The notes under the pieces are model-generated. The model made no database searches, was not told the origin of the DNA, and saw nothing but the letters and a program-made list of their open reading frames with translations. A DNA stretch of 64,000 bases, from the NCBI GenBank assembly GCA_024644535.1, contig JAHEKX010000004.1:41259-105258 (forward strand). Reading direction: 5' to 3'. Both the position numbers and the translations under genes were made by a program. Positions 32,658 to 44,529 of this stretch are shown here, piece by piece. How positions within the stretch are numbered: position 1 is the stretch's first letter; the number at the start of each line of letters is the position of its first letter. The DNA is from Gammaproteobacteria bacterium. GTDB taxonomy: Bacteria > Pseudomonadota > Gammaproteobacteria > Pseudomonadales > Halieaceae.

Positions 32658-34784
32658 CTAGTCGAGTAAAGAGTCTGCCAGTATACGCGGAGTAATAAAA
32701 ATTAGCGTCTCTGTTTTTGTTCTTGAGGTCGACGTGCTCTTAAAAAACTGCCCCATGATGGGCAGGTCGCCAAGCACAGGGACTTTAGAAGTCTTTTCGA
32801 GATCTTCGGTACGGAATACACCACCCAACACAATCGTTTCACCATTGCCCACCAAAACCTGGGTGGTTAATTCGGTAGTATCGATCGTCGGAATACTACC
32901 TCCGTTACCAGAGGGTACTAAGTCACCGATACTGTCTTGGCTAATCACTAAATCAAGCAGTATCCGATCATCGGGCGTAATATTTGGAGTGACATCCAAC
33001 TGCAGCACGGCTTCTTTAAACTGCGTTGCCGTGGCGCCCCCAGCCGATGACTCTTGATAAGGCACTTCGGTACCCGACTTGATTGAGGCTTTTTGCTTGT
33101 CGCCGGTAATGACTTTGGGCTGAGATACCACTTCACCCTTGCCAACGGCTTCCAAAGCACTAAGCTCAGCAGTTAAAAAGACGTCTTTGCTGGTAAAGCC
33201 CACCGCAAAACTACCCGCAGGCTCGGCGACCCCGAGGTCTACCAAGAGCGAACCAGGTAAAGAAACAGAGCCTGGCAACCCGTCGATAATAGATTGGTTT
33301 AAGTTGGTTACGTTCTCTATGTCCCCACTAATCGACAGGGCATTACCGAAGAAATTGTTGTTTGTATGGCCGCCACCCCAGGAAATACCTAGCTCCTCGT
33401 CCAAGTTCGACTGCGCAATCACGATACGCGCCTCGATCATGACCTGACGAATGGGGATATCAACCAAATCAATTAGATTGCGAATTTCCGCAAGCTTAGC
33501 TGAGGTCTCGGTCGCAATAAGTGAGTTAGTTCTGGGGTCGACAATGACACTGCCGCGGGCCGAGATCAGCGAACCACCGTCTTCACTTCCCGCCGAAAAC
33601 AAATCGACAATAGCGTCGGCTTTAGCGTAACGAATTCGGATGAATTCAGTATTTAACGGCGCCAACTCCGCGATTTGTTTGTTGGCCTCAATTTGCTGAC
33701 GCTCACGCTCGGCGATTTCATCAGCGGGTGCGACCATCAAAACATTACCGATCTGGCGCTTGTCCAAGCCTCGAGTTTTCAGCACCAACTCCAAAGCCTG
33801 ATCCCAAGGCACATTCTGCAAGCGCAAGGTGATCCGCCCTGTGACCGTATCGCTTGCAACTAGGTTAAGTTCGGTAAAATCCGCAATCAGCTGCAATACA
33901 GCTCGAACTTCAATGTCTTGAAAATTTAGTGAGATGCGATCACCCACATAAGCAAACTCGTTACGGCGGTCCTCGACTTCGTCAACCGATAACGCCTTAA
34001 CACTCAGCACGTACTGGCTGCCTGTTTGATACGCCAAGTAATCGAAGTCCTTAGCAGTCTTGAGGGTCAAGACCGTTCCAAGCTCGGTCGTATTTACATT
34101 CACACTGTAAACGGGTGTGGCAAAATCGGTTACATCAAAACGACGCAATAACCGCTCGGGCACGGCAGTATCTTTAAACTGGACCTTGATGTCTCCCCCC
34201 TCTGAATACACGCTCACATCGACATTGGGATTACTTAAATCCAAAAGCAAGCGACCTTCGCCATCTGTAGTGCGCTGGAACTGAAGATCGGTAATCATAG
34301 CCTCGACATCTAAGACCTTCTCGACTTTAGCCATAACGGCATTAGGGTCGCTTGCCGGCTTAGTGTAGTCGCCTTGGCCGCCTTCACCGACCGTTACAAA
34401 AAACGAGTTGCCTTCTATGCGCGTTTCGTAAGGAACAAGTTTGACCAAATTAACGATCATGCGGGTGCGCTCGCCCGCCTCGACAACCATTACTGCGTTT
34501 GCATTTCGGTAAGGCAAGCTAAAACGCTTGCGATCTAAGCCGCTTTTTGTGTTGGCAAAATCCAGTGCGATACGAGCGGGCTTTTCAACGGTATAGCCCT
34601 TGTAATCGTCTGGTACAGAATCGAAATCCATACGAATTTCGAACTTGCCACCCGAACGCGAGGTAAAGCTGATTTCTTCCACCACACTGGCCATCGCCTG
34701 AGAAGTTAAGGTCAAAGCAAGGCAAGCCGCCACCCACTGCGCCGAAGCTTTGGTTAGTAAAGTTCTGACTGTACGCCACAACAT
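32658..34784 (-). CDS. pilQ: Type IV pilus secretin
   Basis: ORF track 708 aa with a signal peptide, AMIN-like N-terminal region and C-terminal secretin domain (VPVLGDLPIMGQFF). Last gene of pilMNOPQ. Confidence 0.9.
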   Translation of the reverse strand: MLWRTVRTLLTKASAQWVAACLALTLTSQAMASVVEEISFTSRSGGKFEIRMDFDSVPDDYKGYTVEKPARIALDFANTKSGLDRKRFSLPYRNANAVMVVEAGERTRMIVNLVKLVPYETRIEGNSFFVTVGEGGQGDYTKPASDPNAVMAKVEKVLDVEAMITDLQFQRTTDGEGRLLLDLSNPNVDVSVYSEGGDIKVQFKDTAVPERLLRRFDVTDFATPVYSVNVNTTELGTVLTLKTAKDFDYLAYQTGSQYVLSVKALSVDEVEDRRNEFAYVGDRISLNFQDIEVRAVLQLIADFTELNLVASDTVTGRITLRLQNVPWDQALELVLKTRGLDKRQIGNVLMVAPADEIAERERQQIEANKQIAELAPLNTEFIRIRYAKADAIVDLFSAGSEDGGSLISARGSVIVDPRTNSLIATETSAKLAEIRNLIDLVDIPIRQVMIEARIVIAQSNLDEELGISWGGGHTNNNFFGNALSISGDIENVTNLNQSIIDGLPGSVSLPGSLLVDLGVAEPAGSFAVGFTSKDVFLTAELSALEAVGKGEVVSQPKVITGDKQKASIKSGTEVPYQESSAGGATATQFKEAVLQLDVTPNITPDDRILLDLVISQDSIGDLVPSGNGGSIPTIDTTELTTQVLVGNGETIVLGGVFRTEDLEKTSKVPVLGDLPIMGQFFKSTSTSRTKTETLIFITPRILADSLLD

Positions 34785-34788
34785 GCTG

Positions 34789-35334
34789 TTACCCCTCTCC
34801 CAAATTCATTCCGCTGAGCATGATCGAGCGAGGACGCTCCACCCAACCGTCTTCTGAACCATCGCTCACGATTTCGACCACTGCAACGTAGGTAGGCCCC
34901 ATATCAATTACGCGTCCGTGATTGCGACCAATATAGTTACCTAAGCCCACCCGATGGATACCGCCCTCGGGATCTTGCATTAGGGTCCAATCCTTACCAT
35001 TGCGACGGATTGTGCCCACCATGACCAACGATTCAAGCGTATATTGTTCTAAAAATTCTTTTGGCCTATTCGGATATGGTCGCACTGCAGATACCGATTG
35101 CAATTGGGCCACATCTTGCACCGCAACTGGCCGCTCGAAGGGACTGCGTGTAGTTGTCGCACTGTAGGCAAAAGCTTCGTAATCTTTAAAAGGCGGTATA
35201 GCAGCAATAATTCCGGCGGGGCGCGCACGCTTCTCGGCCATGAACTGATCTAAATCGCTGAAATCATCGTTCGCGCACGCCGCTAAACCCACCACGACAC
35301 CTCCAACGAAGACCTTTCTCAGAAACCTCAGCAT
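34789..35334 (-). CDS. pilP: Type IV pilus assembly lipoprotein PilP
   Basis: ORF track 181 aa with lipobox VGLAAC. Position between pilO and pilQ. Confidence 0.8.
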   Translation of the reverse strand: MLRFLRKVFVGGVVVGLAACANDDFSDLDQFMAEKRARPAGIIAAIPPFKDYEAFAYSATTTRSPFERPVAVQDVAQLQSVSAVRPYPNRPKEFLEQYTLESLVMVGTIRRNGKDWTLMQDPEGGIHRVGLGNYIGRNHGRVIDMGPTYVAVVEIVSDGSEDGWVERPRSIMLSGMNLGEG

Positions 35335-35942
35335 TACCCGTCATCCCTATAACGGTAAGTTTTGGCAATCATGTTCATACGCAAGTCACCGCCACTGCGC
35401 GCCGTTTCGACGCTAAAGTCATGCAGCGTTACGATACGAGGCAAGCCCGCCATCGAGGACACAAAACTACCCAAATCGTGATAGGAGCCCGTGGCCACAA
35501 TTGCAATAGGCAGCTCGACGTAAAATTCGTCGGCGCGCTCATCCTGCAAATCAATACTGGAAATTTCTAGGCCGTTAACCAAACCCTTGCTGGTGATATC
35601 CTCAAGCAAGCCCGGCACTTCGGTGTCGCTAGGCAATTGACTCACAAGCGCACCAAAAGAATCTTCCATTTCTAGCATCTGCCGCTTATACGCGTCCAAA
35701 TTCGCCGCTTTAAATGCCTTATCTTCAAAATCTTTTTTAGTATCCAGCTCTTTTTGCTCTGCCCGAGCCAGATCTTGCTGCAGTCCTTTAATGTGATAGT
35801 TGTAACCAAGAAATAGCACCGCGCCAAAGACCAACACCCACAACAGCATTAGTATAGGCAGAGGCCACGAACCAATATTATCTGGATCGAGATCACTGAC
35901 ATCAAATTCTTTTAAACTGCGCAAAGTGTCTTCAATCGCCAT
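35334..35942 (-). CDS. pilO: Type IV pilus assembly protein PilO
   Basis: ORF track 202 aa with a single N-terminal TM helix plus coiled coil. Operon position supports the call. Confidence 0.85.
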   Translation of the reverse strand: MAIEDTLRSLKEFDVSDLDPDNIGSWPLPILMLLWVLVFGAVLFLGYNYHIKGLQQDLARAEQKELDTKKDFEDKAFKAANLDAYKRQMLEMEDSFGALVSQLPSDTEVPGLLEDITSKGLVNGLEISSIDLQDERADEFYVELPIAIVATGSYHDLGSFVSSMAGLPRIVTLHDFSVETARSGGDLRMNMIAKTYRYRDDG

Positions 35943-36498
35943 TATCGTGCACCCTCGCCATCCGGCTGGATTTTCACCGACAAGTTAAACGTAGTCGCTT
36001 GCGGACCAAACTCTGGGGCAGCTCTTACCGAATCGAGATTCGGCGACGAAAACCAATCGGAGGCTTCTAGGTTCCGCATTAAACTCGAGACTCGGTTGTT
36101 CGACTCTGCTACGCCACGAATACTGATAACTTCATCAACAGACTCCAAACTGGTGTAATACACACCGTCAGGCACAGTTCGAACCAGCTGATCCATGACC
36201 CGCACAATAATAGGTCGGTTGCCCTGCAAGTCCTGAATTACTCGCATTCGATCGAGCAACTGGGTCCGCCTTTTCTGTAAATCACGAATTTCGGCTACCT
36301 GAGCATTCAGCACCGTAATTTCATTAGCGATGTAATCGTTGCGTCGCTTCTGCGCATCTATTTTACCATTGATGACAAAATCTACAGCGAGCAAAAGTGC
36401 AATGGCAATTAGAGCTATCAGCGCAGACACCAAGTAAAACTCTCGCTTCTTTTGTTCGCGGAGTTCTTCGCGCCAGGGCAGGAGATTAATATTCGCCA

Positions 36499-36499
<1 letters not shown>
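35942..36499 (-). CDS. pilN: Type IV pilus assembly protein PilN
   Basis: ORF track 185 aa with the N-terminal INLLPWRE motif typical of PilN. Confidence 0.85.
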
Positions 36500-37563
<1,064 letters not shown>

Positions 37564-37588
37564 CTAAGTCCTCGCCATCTTGTAGATA

Positions 37589-37619
37589 TGCTAATGTGTC
37601 ATATTACTTCACATTAGCA
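37589..37619. promoter_or_regulatory. 10-bp perfect inverted repeat in the pilM/ponA divergent promoter region
   Basis: tgctaatgtg (37589-37598) and cacattagca (37610-37619) are separated by 11 nt, in an AT-rich intergenic region. Confidence 0.3.
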
Positions 37620-37706
37620 CAAAGATATAGGGTTGTTGGACTCGCATGCAAGCATCATTAGCGCCTATAATCCAACTTATGCCCGACCTAACCATCATAT
37701 ACTACC

Positions 37707-40106
37707 GTGACTAAATCTTTTCCACGCTGGGTTTACTCGTTAATCGCTCTTGCCGCAATGGGAGCGTGCGGTGGTGTTTGGGGACTCGCGGGACTTTACC
37801 TCTACCTCAGTCCAGGCCTACCAGCGCCTGAAACCCTAAAAGAAGTCAAGCTACAAACCCCCATGAAGGTGTATAGCAGCGATGGGCAGCTAATTGCTCA
37901 GTTTGGAGAGCAAAAGCGAACCCCACTAACCTTTGATGAAATACCAGAGCCATTTATTCAAGCTCTTCTTGCAGCTGAAGACGACAATTTTTTTAACCAC
38001 GGCGGCATCGATTTTATGGGCCTTGCACGGGCGATGTCGCAACTTGTCGTAAGTGGCTCTATTGTCAGTGGCGGCAGCACGCTCACCATGCAGGTAGCGC
38101 GCAACTATTTCCTAACGCTCGACCAAACCTTCATTCGTAAGTTCAACGAAATCTTGCTTGCAATAGAAATCGAGCGCGAACTAAGCAAACAAGAGATCTT
38201 CGAGCTTTACTTCAACCGCGTCTTCCTCGGGTATCGCGCCTACGGGTTCGAGGCCGCGTCTGAAGTCTATTATGGCAGCTCTATCAAAGAGCTATCGCTG
38301 TCGCAATGGGCGCTGTTAGCTGGCATACCCAAAGCACCCTCTAGAGACAACCCCGTAACAGACCCACAGGCTGCTAAAGATAGACGCAACTGGATTCTGG
38401 GCAGAATGGTAAAACTTGGCTACATCACAAGCGCCGAAGCCGAGGCGGCAAAACAAGAGCCAGTTCTTGCATCACTTCACGGCGGCCAGGTCGAATTAAG
38501 AGCAGATTACGTCGCTGAATTGGTCCGCGCCGAGATGCTGGAGCGTTTTGGCAATCGCGCCTATACCGATGGCTATGTCGTCACCACCACTATTAATGGC
38601 AATTTACAGGCAACAGCGCGTCGGTCAGTAATTAATGGCCTACAAGAGTACGATATACGCCACGGCTATCGCGGCGCTGAAGCGAAGCTTGTCGGCGACC
38701 CCATGGCTAACAAAATTCAGTGGCAAGAAGCGTTAAACCAGCGACCAAGTATTGCCGATATGCAGCCGGCGGCGGTAACACAAGTAAACGAACGCGATAT
38801 TGAAGCCATGCTCAGTAACGGACTGACGGTCCCAATAGTGTGGCAAAATGGATTGCAACAAGCTAACCCATACATCAACGAAGACCTGTTCGGGCGCAGC
38901 CCTAAAAACGCTTCAGACGTGGTTTCCACCGGAGATGTCATACGAATTCGCGAAAAGACTAACGGCGACTTCGAACTGACGCAGCTTCCCGCTGCTCAAG
39001 CTGCTCTTGTCTCACTTGAGGCCAAAACAGGGCGGATTCTAAGCCTCGTAGGCGGCATTGGGTTCAGTAACAGCAAATTCAACCGAGCCACACAAGCAAA
39101 ACGACAACCTGGGTCCAGCTTTAAACCGTTTATATATGCAGCAGCCCTGGATAGCGGCATGACCGCCGCAAGCCTAGTAAACGACGCCCCGCTGGTATTT
39201 AAAGACGCATCTCTGGAGGGTGTGTGGCGCCCCGAAAACGATGGCGGGAAATTCTACGGACCTACGCGCTTACGCTGGGCATTAACGAAATCTCGCAATT
39301 TGGTATCTATACGTATATTAGAAAAAATGGGGGTACGCAATATGCTGAAGTACGCCTCCACGCTAGGGTTCAACACAGACGAGTTTGCACCTGACTTATC
39401 GCTTGCTTTAGGCACGCACGCCATGACGCCAATCGAAATCGCTACAGCTTATGCACTACTGGCGAACGGCGGTTTTTTAGTCGAGCCCTTCGTTATTGAA
39501 AAAATCGAGTCCGCCACTGGCGATGTACTGTTTCAGGCCAACCCAGCACAAGCGTGCGACCCCTGTAAAATCAAAGCGGAGGTATCAATGGCGGATGTTT
39601 TAGCCGGTAATATCGAAACACCGCAAGCCCCTCGGGTTATGGACGCACGCATTCACTTTATTTTAGACAGTATGCTGAAAGATGTCGTTAGACTGGGGAC
39701 TGGCCGTGCCGCTCTTGCCCTAAAACGTGACGATCTTGCAGGCAAAACCGGCACCACCAACGGACCCAGAGACGCCTGGTTCTCTGGCTACAACCCCAGC
39801 ATCGTAACCACCACATGGATTGGCTTTGACGATTTTTCAGAATTGGGGTCACGAGAATTCGGCGGAACCGCTGCACTTCCCATTTGGATTGACTTTATGC
39901 GTGAAGCCCTGAAAGGACAACCCGAAGTTGACCGCCAGATTCCTCCGGGCATCGTCAGAGCAACCATCGACAGCGAAACAGGCTTACTGGCCAAGCCCGG
40001 TCAAAAAAACACTCTCGAGGAGTACTTTCGAGCAGAGCTGGCCCCAAAGCGCTACGCTGACGAAGCAGAAACTGGAAGCCAAGATCTGCTGTTAGACGTG
40101 TTTTAA
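37707..40106 (+). CDS. mrcA: Penicillin-binding protein 1A (bifunctional transglycosylase/transpeptidase)
   Basis: ORF track 799 aa. Glycosyltransferase motif EDDNFFNHGGID; transpeptidase motifs SSFKP and KTGTT. GTG start. Confidence 0.9.
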   Translation: MTKSFPRWVYSLIALAAMGACGGVWGLAGLYLYLSPGLPAPETLKEVKLQTPMKVYSSDGQLIAQFGEQKRTPLTFDEIPEPFIQALLAAEDDNFFNHGGIDFMGLARAMSQLVVSGSIVSGGSTLTMQVARNYFLTLDQTFIRKFNEILLAIEIERELSKQEIFELYFNRVFLGYRAYGFEAASEVYYGSSIKELSLSQWALLAGIPKAPSRDNPVTDPQAAKDRRNWILGRMVKLGYITSAEAEAAKQEPVLASLHGGQVELRADYVAELVRAEMLERFGNRAYTDGYVVTTTINGNLQATARRSVINGLQEYDIRHGYRGAEAKLVGDPMANKIQWQEALNQRPSIADMQPAAVTQVNERDIEAMLSNGLTVPIVWQNGLQQANPYINEDLFGRSPKNASDVVSTGDVIRIREKTNGDFELTQLPAAQAALVSLEAKTGRILSLVGGIGFSNSKFNRATQAKRQPGSSFKPFIYAAALDSGMTAASLVNDAPLVFKDASLEGVWRPENDGGKFYGPTRLRWALTKSRNLVSIRILEKMGVRNMLKYASTLGFNTDEFAPDLSLALGTHAMTPIEIATAYALLANGGFLVEPFVIEKIESATGDVLFQANPAQACDPCKIKAEVSMADVLAGNIETPQAPRVMDARIHFILDSMLKDVVRLGTGRAALALKRDDLAGKTGTTNGPRDAWFSGYNPSIVTTTWIGFDDFSELGSREFGGTAALPIWIDFMREALKGQPEVDRQIPPGIVRATIDSETGLLAKPGQKNTLEEYFRAELAPKRYADEAETGSQDLLLDVF

Positions 40107-40162
40107 AACAAACTCAAGGCGCGCTGCTTGTTCTTGTCAGAATAGGCACGCCGCCACTCCAC

Positions 40163-40192
40163 AAATAAAAACGCCGCGCAAATGCGCGGCGC
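40163..40192 (-). terminator. Rho-independent terminator of rpmE (hairpin shared with convergent mrcA)
   Basis: The minus strand reads cgccgcgca-ttt-gcgcggcg followed by TTTTTATTT. Confidence 0.7.
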
Positions 40193-40211
40193 TGTATAAC
40201 GCGTTCTGAAT

Positions 40212-40427
40212 TTATTTAGCGGCACCACGATTGCCAAAACGACGCTTGAAGCGATCGACACGACCACCGCTATCAACGATTTTCTGTTTGCCGGTGTAAA
40301 AAGGGTGACACTGCGAGCACACATCAACGTGAAAGTCTTCACCGATGGTTGAGCGGGTCTGAATAGTGTTACCGCAACTGCATGTTGCTGTAACCGCGAC
40401 GTATTTTGGATGGATATCCGCTTTCAT
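40212..40427 (-). CDS. rpmE: 50S ribosomal protein L31 (zinc-binding C+ form)
   Basis: ORF track 111 aa, trimmed to ATG 40427 ([12 protein letters not shown]...) with GGAG upstream. 71 aa, with CxC and CxxC cysteines present. Confidence 0.95.
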   Translation of the reverse strand: MKADIHPKYVAVTATCSCGNTIQTRSTIGEDFHVDVCSQCHPFYTGKQKIVDSGGRVDRFKRRFGNRGAAK

Positions 40428-40592
40428 GCTATTTCTCCGTTGGGCACCACCGCCACCTTGTCTTTGCAAGGCACCGCAGTACATGGCACTGATGTTGTTT
40501 AAAGGGCGCGTATTGTACCCTAGATTTAACAATAAGCAAGCCACCACTGTTGTCTGCTACACTATGCGCCCTTAAGACAATATTTACAGCGC

Positions 40593-42782
40593 ATGCCGAT
40601 ACTCAGAATCGCAGTGGCAAAGCCTTTGCGTACCACCTTTGATTACCTGCCACCGTTAGATTATGACGACGCCAGCGTCGCCAAACTACAGGCGGGCGCC
40701 CGAGTGGAGGTACCCTTCGGCAAAGGTCGCTTAATTGGCGTTTTGGTCAGTCGCGCACCAGAGTCAGAAATTAACCAAACCAAACTCAAACGCGCAATAC
40801 GCGTTATCGACCCAGCAAGTTTACTGTCAAAAAATCTGTTCGAACTATGCCTTTGGGCTGCTCAGTACTATGCCCATCCAGTGGGTGAAGTTCTAACTCT
40901 CGCCTTTCCACCTTTGTTACGAAAAGGCGCCGAGACCACCGCGCCACCCAACGCCGTCAAATTGACCCCGGAGGGACGCCTGACACCGCAAGGCATTCTA
41001 AAGAGCCCGAAGCAAGCCGCTTTAATAGATCGCCTACAAACTCAAGAAGCCACGCGAAGCACGCTCAAAGCCGAGGGCTACAGCAGCAGCATTATCAAAG
41101 CTGTTATCGACAAAGGGCTTGCGACCCCCTGTCGGATTGAAGAACCCGAGTTCAGCCCCAGCGCGAGCGACACTGTACCCACACTTAATTCAGAACAGCA
41201 TCATGCGGTAGAGCAACTCTCTAAACAGACCCAATTTAAAGCCTCACTATTGTATGGCATTACAGGGAGTGGCAAAACCGAGGTCTACTTACAAACCATT
41301 GCCAATACCATAGCTACCGGCGCACAAGCGATGGTGCTCGTGCCAGAAATTGCTTTGACACCTCAAACAGCAGCGCGATTCCAACAACGATTTGGAGCAA
41401 CCGTTGGAGTGCTCCACTCAAGCCTCACCGAACCTCAACGTGCACGCGAGTGGGAGCGAGCTAGAACAGGCAAACTGCAGATACTGCTTGGGACGCGCTC
41501 AGCTTTATTCACCCCTTTTTATAGACTGGGGCTAATTGTTGTCGACGAGGAACACGACTCTGCCTACAAGCAACAAGACGGATTTCGTTACCATGCGCGC
41601 GATCTAGCGATCAAACGAGCGCAACTCGAACAGTGCCCGATTGTGTTGGGCAGTGCCACTCCATCACTTGAAACCATAAGTAATGTTAACAGCGGTCGGT
41701 TCGAGCGATATACCTTAAGTACGCGGGCCAGAGCCGCCAGCTTGCCAAGCTGGCAGATTATCGATGTGCGCCAACAGACATTGCGCGCAGGCCTGTCCGA
41801 AGCGCTAGTCACTGCCTGCCACCAGACTATAGATAAAGGCGAGCAAGCCCTGCTCTTTTTAAATCGGCGTGGCTTTGCGCATACGCTACTATGCCACGAT
41901 TGCGGCTGGGTCGCGCAATGCGACCACTGCGATAGCCGCATGGTAATCCACAAGCGCCACAATCGCCTGCGCTGCCACCACTGCCAAGCGCAAAAACCAC
42001 TACCAAAAACTTGCCCCAACTGCCAAAGCAACCACTGGCAAGGAGTGGGCAACGGCACAGAGCGAGCAGAACTGGCGCTTCAAACGATGTTCCCAGACAC
42101 CCCCATATATCGTATCGACAGCGATACAGTGGGCTCAGCCTCTCAGCTCGATGACGTGTTAGATGCCATTAACACCCATACCGGCTGCCTAATTCTAGGC
42201 ACTCAAATGCTGGCCAAAGGTCATGATCTGGCCAGCGTTACACTGGTGGGCATTGTTGATACTGACGCCTTATTGTTCAGCTCTGACTTCCGTGCAGAAG
42301 AACGCTTAAGCCAGCTATTAACCCAGGTTTCAGGACGATCAGGCCGAGGCGAAAGGCCCGGCACCGTCATGCTTCAAACACATCATCCCGATGCCGAAAT
42401 ATTCCGCCAAGTCATTCACCAGGATTACTGGGAGACAGCAAAATCTTTGTTGGATGCAAGGCATCACAGTGGGCTCCCGCCGTTTGGCCAAATAATACTG
42501 ATACATGCAGATAGCAAGGACCCCGCCGAAGCGGAGCGCTTTCTGAACTCAGCGCGCCACGCCCTAAGCTCAAGCCTGCCAGCCAATCATCTGTTAATCG
42601 GCCCACTTCCGGCACCTCTGTCAAAACGAGCAGGTAAATTCCGATACCAACTAACCTGGCTTGCACCGCACGAAAAAAACTTACATCGCTTTGCGAATGA
42701 GATTGCCGCCACTTTGACGCGACTACCCCATAAACATGAGCTCTCTTGGGCCATTGACATAGACCCCCAGGACTTTTTGTAA
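40593..42782 (+). CDS. priA: Primosomal protein N-prime (replication restart helicase)
   Basis: ORF track 729 aa. Walker A GITGSGKTEVY, DEEH box VVDEEHD, and a Cys-rich zinc-binding insertion (CHDCGW...CDHCDS...CHHC...CPNC). Confidence 0.95.
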   Translation: MPILRIAVAKPLRTTFDYLPPLDYDDASVAKLQAGARVEVPFGKGRLIGVLVSRAPESEINQTKLKRAIRVIDPASLLSKNLFELCLWAAQYYAHPVGEVLTLAFPPLLRKGAETTAPPNAVKLTPEGRLTPQGILKSPKQAALIDRLQTQEATRSTLKAEGYSSSIIKAVIDKGLATPCRIEEPEFSPSASDTVPTLNSEQHHAVEQLSKQTQFKASLLYGITGSGKTEVYLQTIANTIATGAQAMVLVPEIALTPQTAARFQQRFGATVGVLHSSLTEPQRAREWERARTGKLQILLGTRSALFTPFYRLGLIVVDEEHDSAYKQQDGFRYHARDLAIKRAQLEQCPIVLGSATPSLETISNVNSGRFERYTLSTRARAASLPSWQIIDVRQQTLRAGLSEALVTACHQTIDKGEQALLFLNRRGFAHTLLCHDCGWVAQCDHCDSRMVIHKRHNRLRCHHCQAQKPLPKTCPNCQSNHWQGVGNGTERAELALQTMFPDTPIYRIDSDTVGSASQLDDVLDAINTHTGCLILGTQMLAKGHDLASVTLVGIVDTDALLFSSDFRAEERLSQLLTQVSGRSGRGERPGTVMLQTHHPDAEIFRQVIHQDYWETAKSLLDARHHSGLPPFGQIILIHADSKDPAEAERFLNSARHALSSSLPANHLLIGPLPAPLSKRAGKFRYQLTWLAPHEKNLHRFANEIAATLTRLPHKHELSWAIDIDPQDFL

Positions 42783-42852
42783 GCGAGGTAAGTCTGGCCA
42801 TTGCTTTCGTAACCTTGGATAATACTGTTTTTTCTGGAGCCCCAATAGCATC

Positions 42853-44529
42853 ATGCAAGATCACCTGCAAAACCTCATCGCTCAGGCACTCAACGCCCTC
42901 ATTGACCAGTCGATACTGCAGCAAGACTCGATAGGTGCTATTCAAATCGAGCGAACGCGCGACCCTTCGCACGGTGACTTTGCCAGCAATATCGCGCTAG
43001 CAATGGCGAAAAAAGCAGGGCTAAACCCGCGCCAACTAGCAGAAAAAATCATAGCCTCCCTACCCACAGACAAATCGTTAGACCATTGTGAAATCGCCGG
43101 CCCTGGGTTTATTAACTTCTTTTTGTCGAAATCCGCTAGCACCTCGGTCATTGCAAATATTCTCGAGCAGGGGGTCGCCTTCGGCACCAACTCACTGGGC
43201 AATAATCAGCGCGTGCAAATTGAGTTCGTTTCGGCCAACCCAACGGGGCCACTGCATGTAGGCCACGGTCGAGGAGCAGCTGTAGGGGACAGTTTATGTC
43301 GCTTGCTACAGGCCTGCGGTTACCAAGTAGATAGAGAGTTTTACTACAATGACGCCGGCGCCCAAATCGATCACTTAGCACGTTCGGTGCAGGCGCGCTG
43401 TGAAGGCTTGGACCCCAGCAGCCCCGAGTGGCCCGAAGATGGCTATCGCGGCGAATACATCGTAGAGTTAGCAAAAGCATTCCAAGAGAAGGCTATTATT
43501 CAAGCTGAAGACCGAAAAGTTGAAGCTTCTGGCGACATCAATGACATCAACACCATTCGAGAATTTGCCGTAGCTTACCTGCGCCGAGAGCAAGATCTGG
43601 ACTTAAAGGCGTTTGGCGTCACATTTGACTGCTACTTTTTAGAATCGTCGCTGTACGCTTCGGGTGCCGTCGACGAGACGGTCAAGCGACTGCGTGATAA
43701 CGGCTTCACCTTCGAGGATGAAGGCGCACTATGGCTTAATACCGAGGCCTTTGGCGACGACAAAAACCGTGTCATGCGCAAACGAGAAGGTGGCTACACC
43801 TACTTTGTCCCAGATGTTGCCTATCATTTAAACAAATGGAATCGCGGCTACGAAATCGTAATCAACGAACAGGGCGCAGACCACCATTCTACCGTAACTC
43901 GCGTGCGCGCAGGCTTACAGGCGCTGAAAGCCGATATCCCCGAAGGGTGGCCAGAATACGTCCTGCATCAAATGGTGCTGGTCATGCGCAATGGCGAAGA
44001 GGTAAAACTCTCGAAGCGCGCGGGTAGCTACGTCACCCTGCGCGACTTGGTCGATGAAGTCGGCCGTGACGCAACACGTTATTTCCTGGTGGCTCGCGCA
44101 CCCAGCTCACAGTTGACCTTTGATATTGACCTTGCCTTATCACAGACCAGCGAAAACCCGGTTTACTACATTCAATACGCCCATGCGCGAATCTGCAGCA
44201 TGCTCGGCAAACTGAACAGCAGTCCAAGCGCAGAGGTCTCAGCTGCGGCACTTGCTGCATTAAGCCAGCCCCAAGAAGAGGCGCTAATCAGAGAACTTGA
44301 TAAATTCCCCGAGGTGGTAAAACAAGCGGGACAACAGCGAGCCCCCCACATGATCGCGAACTTTTTAAAAGATTTGGCGGCCGCATTCCACACGTTTTAC
44401 AACGCTCATAAAGTATTGGTGGAAGATGCTACTATACAAGAAGCTCGTGTCGCTTTATGTTTGGCGACCCGGCAGGTGTTACAAAACGGATTAGATATCT
44501 TAGGTGTCAGCGCACCGGAGTCAATGTAA
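42853..44529 (+). CDS. argS: Arginine--tRNA ligase
   Basis: ORF track 558 aa with HIGH-type motif PTGPLHVGHGRGA, a C-terminal anticodon-binding domain, and an end in ...SM typical of ArgS. Confidence 0.95.
   Translation: MQDHLQNLIAQALNALIDQSILQQDSIGAIQIERTRDPSHGDFASNIALAMAKKAGLNPRQLAEKIIASLPTDKSLDHCEIAGPGFINFFLSKSASTSVIANILEQGVAFGTNSLGNNQRVQIEFVSANPTGPLHVGHGRGAAVGDSLCRLLQACGYQVDREFYYNDAGAQIDHLARSVQARCEGLDPSSPEWPEDGYRGEYIVELAKAFQEKAIIQAEDRKVEASGDINDINTIREFAVAYLRREQDLDLKAFGVTFDCYFLESSLYASGAVDETVKRLRDNGFTFEDEGALWLNTEAFGDDKNRVMRKREGGYTYFVPDVAYHLNKWNRGYEIVINEQGADHHSTVTRVRAGLQALKADIPEGWPEYVLHQMVLVMRNGEEVKLSKRAGSYVTLRDLVDEVGRDATRYFLVARAPSSQLTFDIDLALSQTSENPVYYIQYAHARICSMLGKLNSSPSAEVSAAALAALSQPQEEALIRELDKFPEVVKQAGQQRAPHMIANFLKDLAAAFHTFYNAHKVLVEDATIQEARVALCLATRQVLQNGLDILGVSAPESM

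Noticed and set aside
40103-40342. A 79-aa hydrophobic ORF on the minus strand spanning the mrcA/rpmE junction, and a 65-aa ORF at 57040-57237.
   Set aside because: Both overlap well-supported genes (rpmE, pntAA) or a terminator. They lack an SD and have no recognisable family features.
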